Below are positions 15,967 to 23,165 of a stretch of DNA of 36,620 nt, in pieces; positions within the stretch are counted from its first letter, which is position 1; each line of letters starts with the position of its first letter. Below the pieces are notes generated by a model that worked only from the letters and a program-made list of their open reading frames with translations, made no database searches and was not told the origin of the DNA. Location of the stretch: IMG/VR virus record IMGVR_UViG_3300045988_182864, one strand, 5' to 3'. Source of the DNA: a virus. A program made the translations under genes and the position numbers.

Positions 15967-16677
15967 TCAAGGCTTGCTCTCTGCGGGTGCTGGCGTCCAG
16001 TATAAGAGCGTTCCGAGGATATCGCACATCGGTGCCGCCTCGAAGAAGCAAAGTGTTTCCAGAGCGTCTCTGAGGCGCTGCTCGTAGTCTGTGCGCTGCA
16101 TATCAAGGGGAACCAGCACCTTGTAGGAGCCGAAAGGCGCTTTCAGAACGGGAGATTCGGATGTCTGGTTCTCAGAAAGGTCACTCTCCCAGCCGCAGGT
16201 AACGAGATAGTCATACAGAGCATAGGGGTTTACAGCAGAGACCGTCTTTCTGCCATCAAGCATCTTGTAGGCACGGAGATACTTGGCTTCTCGTGCAAGG
16301 TCTTTGCTTGTGAGAGGATACGGGATTCGGTTAAGGTCCATGTTGCTGACGAGGTCTGCGCGTTTTACCTTGACGGCAATGTCGTTTTGCTTAACACGCC
16401 AGATATACTCTGAGTAGGTCATATCTTTTTCCCGAGTCAGTACAGAGACCGCCTCAGCCACTTTCTGAGGAAATTCCGCTCTGATGGTATCTATCGTGGT
16501 GCCGGTATCTTCCACCGTGTCGTGCAGGTAGGCGGCAGTTTTCACCAGCGGGTCAGGCTCAACGCCGTCTGCGACAACGGCCACATGCGCCGTGAAGTAG
16601 TCTTCCCCTGCCTTGTCGGTCTGGCCCTTGTGCGCCATCATAGCGAACGCCTTTGCTTTTTCAATGTAATCAATCAT
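15967..16677 (-). CDS. HD-domain protein, RelA/SpoT-type (p)ppGpp hydrolase-like N-terminal domain, 236 aa
   Basis: AMMAHKGQTDKAGEDYFTAHV...AAYLHDTVEDT carries the H...HD...ED signature of SpoT-like hydrolases. Start MIDYIEK with RBS aaaggtgatacga. Confidence 0.65.
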   Translation of the reverse strand: MIDYIEKAKAFAMMAHKGQTDKAGEDYFTAHVAVVADGVEPDPLVKTAAYLHDTVEDTGTTIDTIRAEFPQKVAEAVSVLTREKDMTYSEYIWRVKQNDIAVKVKRADLVSNMDLNRIPYPLTSKDLAREAKYLRAYKMLDGRKTVSAVNPYALYDYLVTCGWESDLSENQTSESPVLKAPFGSYKVLVPLDMQRTDYEQRLRDALETLCFFEAAPMCDILGTLLYWTPAPAESKP

Positions 16678-16728
16678 TCGTATCACCTTTCTTTGTTTCG
16701 CAAGCAGCACCATGCGGGTCTGCCAGAC

Positions 16729-16761
16729 AATAAAAAGGCTTGCCAGTTTCCCGGCAAGCCT
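16729..16761 (-). terminator. Rho-independent terminator after the lipoprotein gene
   Basis: aggcttgcc-gggaaact-ggcaagcct followed by ttttatt. Confidence 0.75.
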
Positions 16762-16813
16762 CGATGGATTCAGGTCTTTGCGGACCTATGTTGTAGTGTT
16801 GGAAACGGGAGAT

Positions 16814-19771
16814 TTACTCCGCAGCGCCCTCAACGATTACGACCTCAGCCTCGGTTTCCTTAGGCATGTCGGCATCTTCCTGCTTGGTGTCGGTGCTGTC
16901 CTCGGAAGTCTCGGCAGACTTCTCGGTCTCAGCGGACTCAACAGGAGCGGCAGGCTCGGCGGGAGTCTCAGCAGGTATAGCGGGCTCAACAGGAGCAACG
17001 GGCTCGGCAGGAGTTTCAGCAGGTACAGCAGACTCAACCGGAGTCTCTGCGACATAGGTTTCGGCGTTGATGCTCTCGGCGCTCATTTCCTGCGCCGGAA
17101 CCTCGACAACAGGCTCAGCCCCGGCTACGATAGGGTTTGCAGCCACCTTGGCACTTGCGGGCAGACGAGCGATGGACTCAGTCTTGGTCTCGCCGCAGCC
17201 AGTGCAAGTGTAGGTCTTGACACCCTCATGCTCAGTGGTAGGCTCGGTGGTAACGACACCGTTATCCCAAGTATGGTCTTTCTTGGGCGTGGTAGAGAGA
17301 ACGGTGCTCACTTCACCGCAGACGGTGCAGTAGATTTCGGTGCGACCCTCTTCCTTGCAGGTAGGCTCAATGACACGCATCTCGGCATGGTGACCGGTGG
17401 AGTGTACAATGTTGTCCTTGTAGGAGAAGCTGTCATCTTCGTTGCACTTGTGCATCGTGTAGCCGTCCTCGGTGCAAGTCGGCGGGACAACGGTAACAGT
17501 GAAGGTGTACTTGGTGGGCAGGACCTTTTCGGTCATGGTCGCATCGCAGTTCTTGCAGTGCAGGGTCTTGACGCCGTACTCGTCATGCGTGGGCTGGGTA
17601 GTGATGACACCCTCATCCCAGATATGACCAGTACCACCATAGGAGTAGGTCATGGTATGGGAAGCATCGCGCTTGCAGTGCATCAGCATAGTGCCCGGCT
17701 CGGTGCAGGTAGCCTTTTTCAGGCATTCGGTGTGCTCGAAGTCCCAGTCGTGGCTGCCGATAGCGGGCATAGGAACGAGAATTTTGCTGTCGCAGCCATC
17801 ATTGGTGCAGTACATCCAACGCTCGCCCTCAGTCTCACAAGAGGGCTCCTTGACGATTTCACCGAGACCCGTGTACTCATGGACATGGACCTTGGCAATG
17901 CTCTCGGTCTTGGTCTTGTTGCAGACGGTGCAGGTATAGGTCTTGATGCCCGGCTCGGTGGCAGTAGGCTCCTTGGTGATAACGCCCTCGTCCCACTGAT
18001 GCTCCTCATTGACGGGGATATCGCGGACATGCTGCTTATCGTTGCAGCGCTCACAGACCTTATCTACACTGCCAGCGTCCTTGCAGGTGGCGGGAGTAGT
18101 GACTTCCTTGTACTCATGACCCAGCGCAGGGACGATGTTGTCCTTGAAGGACTTGGTGGCATCTTCCACGCACTCGTGCATGGTATAGCCGTCCTCAGTG
18201 CAGGTAGGAGCGACCACGGTCTCGTTGTAGGTGTAACCCAGAGCCGGAATGCTCTCGGTGTAGGTATCACCACAGTTGTGGCAGGTGAAGGTCTTGACAC
18301 CGTTCTCGGTGTAGGTAGGCTCGGTGGTCACAACGCCGTCATCGTAATCGTGACCGGTTGCGGGGATGACCTCGGTGTAGGTATGGTTCTTGTCGTTCTG
18401 GCAAGTGAAGGTCTTGACGCCATCCTCAGTGCAGGTAGCAGCCTTGGTGACAACGCCGTCATCGTAGTTATGACCCAGCGCGGCAATCTCCTCGGTCTTA
18501 GTCTCGGTGCAGCCATCGTTCAGGCACTTGTAGGTCTTCACGCCGGAAGCCTCACAGGTAGCGGGCGTGGTGACAGTACCATCATCCCACTTGTGACCCA
18601 CAGCCGGGATGACCTCAGTCTTGGTCGCGCCGTCACGAGAGCAGGTAAAGGTCTTGACGCCATCCTCAGTGCAGGTAGCAGCCTTGGTGACGACACCCTC
18701 GCCCCAATCATGGTCCAGAGCGTCCACGAAATCGCGGTTCTCGGTCAGCGTAGCGTCCTGGTCGCAGATGTAGACGGTGTAGCCCTGCTCAGTGCAGGTG
18801 GGAGCAACCGTATCACCCTTGTGCCAAGTCTTCTCCACCATCGGGATATCCTCGGTATAGGTATCACCGCAAGCAGAGCAGGTAAAGGTCTTGACGCCCT
18901 TCTCGTAGATGGTCGCTTCCTTGGTCACGACACCCTCATCATAGGTGTGCGGGGTCTTGTCGGTGAAATTGCCCTTGTAAGTAAGACCCGGAACCTCATT
19001 GCACTCATAGATGGTATAGCCCTCAGAAGTGCAGGTGGGAGCAACGACCTGCAGGATGTGGTAGGTCTTGTCCAGAGAAGGAATCTCCTCAGTACGGGTC
19101 TCACCGCAATCCTTGCACTTGAAGGTCTTGATGCCGGTCTCGGTGTAGGTGGCAGCTTTCGTCACAGTGCCGTTATCCCAGCTATGCCCCTTGGCGGCAA
19201 CATAGTTGTCGTTGTAGTTCATACCGCCCCACTCGTTGCAGATATGCTCATCATAGCCCTGCGTGGTGCAGGTGGCGTCATGATGGCGCACGGTGAAGGT
19301 GTAGACGGGCTGAGACTTCTTCTCGGCAGGAGCGGCAGCGGGAGTCACAGCAGCAGGCTTCTGGGCAGGAGTCTTGGTGCCGGTGGTGGTTTTATGGGTG
19401 TTGTAGACGGGAGCCTTGGCGGGACCGTCCTTAGTAGAAACATTGTCGGGGTTCGTGTTCTGGCTGGCGGCGGGCTTCTCAGCCTTGTCGGAAGCGGCCT
19501 CAGACTCAGCGGTCTTGTTCTCGGTGTTGGCAGCATCGGAATTGGGCTTGCTCTCAGCCTTGCTCTCGGACGCCGCCGCGCTGGTATCTTCCTTCTCGGC
19601 AGTGTCAGGGGTTTCGGACTGTGCGGTGCTTGCGGAATCGCTCAGGCTGGTGGAAGGAGCAGAAGAGGCAGCATCCTGATTCTTCTTGCCCTTACATCCG
19701 GTAACAGAGATTGCGACTGTAGCAGCCATGGCAACTGCAAGCACATTCTTCATCATAGACTTTTTGCGCAT
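16814..19771 (-). CDS. large secreted lipoprotein with about 20 tandem Cys-containing repeats and P/A/E-rich termini, 985 aa
   Basis: Signal peptide with lipobox AISVTG-C. Repeats of the form GHxWDxGVVTKxATCTEDGVKTFTCxxCGxTxTExIPA. Near-identical DNA repeats, e.g. 18400-18455 versus 18640-18695. RBS aaaaggagaagtaaaatc-ATG. Confidence 0.8.
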   Translation of the reverse strand: MRKKSMMKNVLAVAMAATVAISVTGCKGKKNQDAASSAPSTSLSDSASTAQSETPDTAEKEDTSAAASESKAESKPNSDAANTENKTAESEAASDKAEKPAASQNTNPDNVSTKDGPAKAPVYNTHKTTTGTKTPAQKPAAVTPAAAPAEKKSQPVYTFTVRHHDATCTTQGYDEHICNEWGGMNYNDNYVAAKGHSWDNGTVTKAATYTETGIKTFKCKDCGETRTEEIPSLDKTYHILQVVAPTCTSEGYTIYECNEVPGLTYKGNFTDKTPHTYDEGVVTKEATIYEKGVKTFTCSACGDTYTEDIPMVEKTWHKGDTVAPTCTEQGYTVYICDQDATLTENRDFVDALDHDWGEGVVTKAATCTEDGVKTFTCSRDGATKTEVIPAVGHKWDDGTVTTPATCEASGVKTYKCLNDGCTETKTEEIAALGHNYDDGVVTKAATCTEDGVKTFTCQNDKNHTYTEVIPATGHDYDDGVVTTEPTYTENGVKTFTCHNCGDTYTESIPALGYTYNETVVAPTCTEDGYTMHECVEDATKSFKDNIVPALGHEYKEVTTPATCKDAGSVDKVCERCNDKQHVRDIPVNEEHQWDEGVITKEPTATEPGIKTYTCTVCNKTKTESIAKVHVHEYTGLGEIVKEPSCETEGERWMYCTNDGCDSKILVPMPAIGSHDWDFEHTECLKKATCTEPGTMLMHCKRDASHTMTYSYGGTGHIWDEGVITTQPTHDEYGVKTLHCKNCDATMTEKVLPTKYTFTVTVVPPTCTEDGYTMHKCNEDDSFSYKDNIVHSTGHHAEMRVIEPTCKEEGRTEIYCTVCGEVSTVLSTTPKKDHTWDNGVVTTEPTTEHEGVKTYTCTGCGETKTESIARLPASAKVAANPIVAGAEPVVEVPAQEMSAESINAETYVAETPVESAVPAETPAEPVAPVEPAIPAETPAEPAAPVESAETEKSAETSEDSTDTKQEDADMPKETEAEVVIVEGAAE

Positions 19772-19877
19772 GATTTTACTTCTCCTTTTTACTGTGTGAG
19801 GTGAGTCCCCACATCAACGAAACGATGTGAAGAGCGGAGGACTTCTGATATTTCGTTTTCCCTGTCGCTCTATATGC

Positions 19878-19927
19878 ATTATACCACATTTTTCCTTGAA
19901 AGTGTACTGAGTACAACCATGATTAAC
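19878..19927 (-). promoter_or_regulatory. Extended -10 promoter (TGTGgTATAAT), family 2, upstream of the lipoprotein gene
   Basis: -10 at 19878-19883, TG at 19884-19886. Conserved block catggttgtactcagtacac. Confidence 0.55.
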
Positions 19928-20013
19928 GTAATGTTCACAAATCGCAACAGAATCCGAGAGGCTCCTATCGGGAAAAAACGATTCTGGTACGATGAAAAGA
20001 AGCGCAAATATGT

Positions 20014-20048
20014 AAAAAGCAGCCGGGTACAGAGTGTATCCGACTGCT
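20014..20048 (-). terminator. Rho-independent terminator closing the tRNA/ncRNA island
   Basis: gcagtcggata-cactctg-tacccggctgc followed by ttttt, immediately 3' of tRNA-Ser(TGA). Confidence 0.7.
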
Positions 20049-20050
20049 GA

Positions 20051-20138
20051 TGGCGGATAGGGTAGGATTCGAACCCACGGACGCGGATGCATCTCTGGTT
20101 TTCAAGACCAGTTTCATAAACCACTCGGACACCTATCC
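20051..20138 (-). tRNA. tRNA-Ser: tRNA-Ser(TGA), type II
   Basis: Acceptor GGATAGG/CCTATCC, G73, CCA, anticodon arm CTGGT-CTTGAAA-ACCAG, T-arm GTGGG-TTCGAAT-CCTAC. Confidence 0.9.
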
Positions 20139-20179
20139 AAGAATCAGAGAGTGTTAGCCGCAGAAATCTGCGTTGCCCG

Positions 20180-20214
20180 CCATCTACCGCGTGGAGGTCG
20201 CTCTCAAAAGATGG
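20180..20214 (-). repeat. Conserved hairpin motif, copy 1 (plus-strand loop ACCGCGTGGAGG; minus-strand CCUCCACGCGG)
   Basis: Stem ccatct/agatgg, preceded by gttgccc. Confidence 0.6.
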
Positions 20215-20446
20215 CTGACGAGACGAATTTGTCTCGCCCATGCCGCAGCCGTTTTCGCCACTCGGCATGGTGTTTTCGGCTTGACGTAACCCTGTGTAAA
20301 TGACCCTCAGGTGGGGGCGGTGCGGGCAGGATTATCGTCTTCGTGGTGTAGTTAAGGAGTACCGCACCAAATAAATGACCGTACTGCGCTTGTGTAACAG
20401 TACAATGCACGCCCAGAGACGATTTCCAAGATGGAGATGTGTCTGG

Positions 20447-20522
20447 TGGTGGAAGCAAAGGGATTCGAACCCTCGACCCCCTGCTTGCAAAGCAGGTGCT
20501 CTCCCAGCTGAGCTATGCCCCC
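20447..20522 (-). tRNA. tRNA-Ala: tRNA-Ala(TGC)
   Basis: GGGGGCATAGCTCAGCTGGGAGAGC..., G3:U70, anticodon loop TTTGCAA, T-arm GAGGG-TTCGAAT-CCCTT, ACCA. Confidence 0.9.
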
Positions 20523-20549
20523 ATGATGGCGGGAAGGACCCGCCAGTAA

Positions 20550-20933
20550 TTACGCATAGTGAAGTTCGCCGTACTGTTTGACCTCGCGCTCCAGATGCAG
20601 CGGAATGGTCTTGGCGCTTTTCTGCGTGATATCCTCACGCGTCAGAAGGCGCTCATCGACGCCAGCTGCCTGCAGAACTTCGTACAGGTTCGAGGGACCG
20701 GTGCCGTCGTAACCCGCAGTTAAGCCATTGACCTGCAAAGCGAAGCCGTGCAGATGCGGTGCCAGACCCGGTACAAAATCGAGTTCAACAACGACTTCGT
20801 TACTGTTCTCGTCCACGCGCTTAACCGAGAGAGCACGGATGTTCTGACTTCCGAAGGCCTCAATCAGCTTCTTAGCCGCCGCTGCGGTTTCAATCGTTGA
20901 TGTGCCTTCGACATTGATAATCGCCTGCTCCAT
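20550..20933 (-). CDS. hypothetical protein, 127 aa, the only convincing CDS inside the RNA island
   Basis: RBS ggaaggag 9 nt before the ATG (MEQAIINVEG). Ordinary amino-acid composition. Confidence 0.6.
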   Translation of the reverse strand: MEQAIINVEGTSTIETAAAAKKLIEAFGSQNIRALSVKRVDENSNEVVVELDFVPGLAPHLHGFALQVNGLTAGYDGTGPSNLYEVLQAAGVDERLLTREDITQKSAKTIPLHLEREVKQYGELHYA

Positions 20934-21134
20934 CGGAATCATCTCCTTCCTACTTAGAGTTGTCATGCGCTATAGCAGATAACGCTCTGCCGTGCGGGGC
21001 TTTACGTTGCCCATTCGTGTTCGGTTCCGGCTACGACGACTTCCGTAAGGACTTAGCCAACCGTCAGCAAGTGCATGCCCCCGCTGACAGCTTCTTGGGC
21101 GGATTCTCAAAGAGCGCGTCACCCAATCGGACCG

Positions 21135-21210
21135 TGGAGCTTGATGGCAGACTCGAACTGCCGACCTGCGCGTTACGAATGCGCTGCTCTACCAACTGAG
21201 CTAACCAAGC
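21135..21210 (-). tRNA. tRNA-Thr: tRNA-Thr(CGT)
   Basis: GCTTGGTTAGCTCAGTTGGTAGAGC..., anticodon loop TTCGTAA, T-arm GGCAG-TTCGAGT-CTGCC, TCCA end. Confidence 0.85.
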
Positions 21211-21484
21211 ACGGTAGGGTGTTTTATGCTGGTTATCACCCCTCAGCGAGGAAGCCAACCTCGCGTCCAGCACCATCCGGTAGCAACCCCGGAGGATTCT
21301 GCGCTGTATCCTCTCCGATGTTTTTCAGCACCATTCGCGACTGATGCCGAGACTTTCGGATACCTTCAGGTGCAGCACCTGTTTGCCGATTCTTTTTTGA
21401 CTGTCCATTGGCAATTCGGACAGCGGACCACATGTGGACCATGTTCGCCAATTTTAATGTCGTGGCGTACGGTGACGGCGACGG

Positions 21485-21559
21485 TGGAGCGGGCAGCGGG
21501 ATTCGAACCCGCGTGACCAGCTTGGAAGGCTAGTGTATTAACCCCTATACGATGCCTGC
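21485..21559 (-). tRNA. tRNA-Gly: tRNA-Gly(TCC)
   Basis: Acceptor GCAGGCA/TGCCCGC (A3:C70 mismatch), U73, CCA, anticodon loop CTTCCAA, T-arm GCGGG-TTCGAAT-CCCGC. Confidence 0.85.
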
Positions 21560-22272
21560 ATGAGAAAAAGCGGGTGAACCCTCTCTTAGCCCCGCCATGA
21601 TGTCCGTTTAGTAGGTCGTCATCCCCGAAACATCATCTTTGTGCCTCTTAGCGATTCCGCGAATCTCTGCGTGGACGATACGAAAGAATCCGGAAAAGCA
21701 TTTTAGACACTGGTCAACTTCAATTCAAGCCCTGCCGTTACTTCCCTGTCAATTCGGGTCAACGGATTGTTACGGGCTGTGTAAGACTGCGGCAAACTTA
21801 CCAGATGCCGCGCAGCAGTCTCGCCTTTTTCGGCTATGTCGCGTCTGGCTGCGCCCCGGCTTAACGGGGATGCTCGTACGATGCATGCTTAGCGGGACGA
21901 GATTTGTTGTTTCTGCGCCGAAGCACAAGAGGAAGCACTCGCCCACACAGCTTCCTGACCGTTTAGGATACCGCTTGCACAGGGAATGCAATGCGGTTCC
22001 TGAAAGGACATTCGTCAGCGGCAATCATAGTCGCTGTCCACCACCCGCCGCGTGGAGGCTGTCCCATCGGGTGGCTGAGTGCGCCGAGGTATGGACGCAC
22101 TCAGATAGGCGCTACCTATTATGGTGTTTTAAGGCGGGAGCTGCCCGCCATCAGGTAAATCAGTACATCGGTGTGACCCTTTCCTTGATTTTGACATTCG
22201 GACGCGGTAATTACTGCATCGGAGTGCCCTCCCTGTTTTATTTGACCTGTTAGAATCGCTTCCAACAGGTCA
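21560..22272 (-). ncRNA. about 710-nt ORF-poor, hairpin-dense segment between tRNA genes; candidate large structured RNA (class unknown; ROOL/GOLLD-like context)
   Basis: More than 10 local or long-range stems read by eye. Examples: agactgc(ggc)...(gcc)gcgcagcagtct, ggaagc/gcttcc, accgc-ttgca...tgcaa-gcggt, ctgagtgcg/cgcactcag, ggcggg-agct-cccgcc, acctgtt/aacaggt. The ORFs present are Cys/Arg/Trp-rich and lack an RBS. Confidence 0.5.
22041..22074 (-). repeat. Conserved hairpin motif, copy 2 (loop GCCGCGTGGAGG)
   Basis: Stem ccaccc/gggtgg, inside the long non-coding segment. Confidence 0.6.
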
Positions 22273-22363
22273 TGGCTCTGGCAGGTGGAGTTGAACCACC
22301 TTTTCCCGTGCGCTGCGGGCGAATTAACCATGGTGCATTGCAACCTTCGTATTCGATACCAGA
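22273..22363 (-). ncRNA. tRNA-like element: canonical acceptor stem, T-arm and CCA, but aberrant D and anticodon regions
   Basis: Acceptor TCTGGTA/TGCCAGA, G73, CCA, T-arm GGTGG-TTCAACT-CCACC. The 5-bp stem CGAAT/ATTCG encloses a 26-nt insert. The short arm CCCG-CAGCGCA-CGGG has A at position 33. Confidence 0.5.
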
Positions 22364-22430
22364 ATATTTCGGTCATTTTACGTCCGACCGATTGACATGA
22401 ATAGCCGGTTTAACGTCATGGCATGGACGA

Positions 22431-22505
22431 TGGGTGCGGAGACAGGACTTGAACCTGCAACCGCCAGCGTATGGGGCTGGTAAGCTACCTTTGCTATACT
22501 CCGCG
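22431..22505 (-). tRNA. tRNA-Met-type: tRNA with CAT anticodon (Met, fMet or Ile2 type) with C33 (loop CCCATAC) and a C1xA72 mismatch
   Basis: Acceptor CGCGGAG/CTCCGCA, C73, CCA, anticodon stem CCAGC/GCTGG, T-arm GCAGG-TTCAAGT-CCTGT. Confidence 0.75.
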
Positions 22506-22581
22506 TGGCGGGTCGTACTGGGTTCGAACCAGCGACGCTCGGATTAACAGTCCGATGCTCTACCGACTGAGCTAACGACCC
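22506..22581 (-). tRNA. tRNA-Asn: tRNA-Asn(GTT)
   Basis: GGGTCGTTAGCTCAGTCGGTAGAGC..., anticodon loop CTGTTAA, T-arm GCTGG-TTCGAAC-CCAGT, GCCA end. It abuts the previous tRNA with no spacer. Confidence 0.9.
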
Positions 22582-22628
22582 AAGAAAAAAGACATTCGCC
22601 ACGGGGAGCTCAATACCCGTGTTACCGC

Positions 22629-22660
22629 CGCTCGCCGCGAGGAGGCTGTCTTTATGAGCG
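22629..22660 (-). repeat. Conserved hairpin motif, copy 3 (loop GCCGCGAGGAGG)
   Basis: Stem cgctc/gagcg, preceded by gttaccg. Confidence 0.55.
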
Positions 22661-22842
22661 ACAACTCTTATGGGATACCAGATACGATGCTTGCCGCTGC
22701 TCTACAACCAGCCGCAAGCGGATGTGTATGTAAGTGTGTGTAAAACTATGATGTTGTTTCGGAGCGTATCTGGTATCTTTTAAGAGTTTTATGTTATCTG
22801 CGAAGATGTTCGCCAAGCTAAGGGAGGTTAAGCTTGTTGCCC

Positions 22843-22877
22843 GATGCCGACCGCGTGGAGGTCATCTTCTCGGCATC
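22843..22877 (-). repeat. Conserved hairpin motif, copy 4 (loop CCGCGTGGAGG), directly abutting the 3' end of tRNA-Thr(TGT)
   Basis: Stem gatgccga/tcggcatc, preceded by gttgccc. Confidence 0.6.
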
Positions 22878-22950
22878 AGCTTCTGACAGGATTCGAACCT
22901 GTGACCCGCTGCTTACAAAACAGCTGCTCTGTCAACTGAGCTACAGAAGC
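22878..22950 (-). tRNA. tRNA-Thr: tRNA-Thr(TGT), no encoded CCA
   Basis: GCTTCTGTAGCTCAGTTGACAGAGC..., anticodon loop TTTGTAA, T-arm ACAGG-TTCGAAT-CCTGT. Confidence 0.85.
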
Positions 22951-23002
22951 ATATTCAGGAGAAGTAACTCTCCCGAAAAATAGGTAAATTACCCTTCTAC
23001 CA

Positions 23003-23030
23003 ATTATCTGCAATTCGCATATTTTGTCAA
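23003..23030 (-). promoter_or_regulatory. Family 1 promoter TTGACA-16-GATAAT with TGCGAA spacer element, upstream of the RNA island
   Basis: -35 at 23025-23030, TGCGAA at 23014-23019 (plus strand ttcgca), -10 at 23003-23008. Confidence 0.65.
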
Positions 23031-23113
23031 CACAAAAGTGCCACATACAGTGTCCAGAACGGAAAATGTTGTGCATAAGCACAACATATAGTGTTTTCCG
23101 TTTCTGTACTTGC

Positions 23114-23165
23114 ATTATACCATATTTTGGCGTGAAAGTGTATCAAATACAAGTATGATTTACAA
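23114..23165 (-). promoter_or_regulatory. Extended -10 promoter (TGgTATAAT), family 2
   Basis: -10 at 23114-23119, TG at 23120-23122. Upstream block ttgtaaatcatacttgtat is shared with 15760-15811. Confidence 0.55.

Noticed and set aside
16712-19804. 1030-aa plus-strand ORF, the longest ORF in the window
   Set aside because: It is the antisense shadow of the repeat-rich lipoprotein gene. Its sequence is Gly/Leu/Ser/Arg low-complexity, it has no RBS, and it is on the opposite strand to every supported gene.
20215-20240. CTGACGAG followed by a 5-bp hairpin, resembling a hammerhead ribozyme core
   Set aside because: The required GAAA and the cleavage-site helix arrangement are not present after the hairpin, on either strand.
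21854-21869. CCGGCTTAAC, resembling the RNase P RNA P4 region
   Set aside because: It is simply the loop of a ccccg/cgggg hairpin. The partner GAGGAAAGTCC element is absent from the window.
21639-22253. 204-aa plus-strand ORF and 84-85-aa minus-strand ORFs (21770-22024, 22119-22376) inside the long tRNA spacer
   Set aside because: The composition is Cys/Arg/Trp/Pro-rich, there is no RBS, and the ORFs overlap many stable helices. This is more consistent with GC-rich structured RNA than with coding sequence.
22654-22743. 29-aa plus-strand peptide MSDNSYGIPDTMLAAALQPAASGCVCKCV, 8 nt after the GGAGG of hairpin copy 3 (RiPP/bacteriocin-like look)
   Set aside because: Only one of the four hairpin copies has a properly spaced ATG. 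The peptide after copy 1 (20211-20303) is unrelated. The plus strand has no supported promoter. I kept it as a caveat to the hairpin finding rather than calling it a gene.
20139-22877. Possibility that the repeated hairpins form a CRISPR-like array
   Set aside because: There are only four copies, at irregular spacing of 200 nt to about 1.8 kb. The stems differ in sequence and are interleaved with tRNAs. No cas genes other than the unrelated IscB are present.
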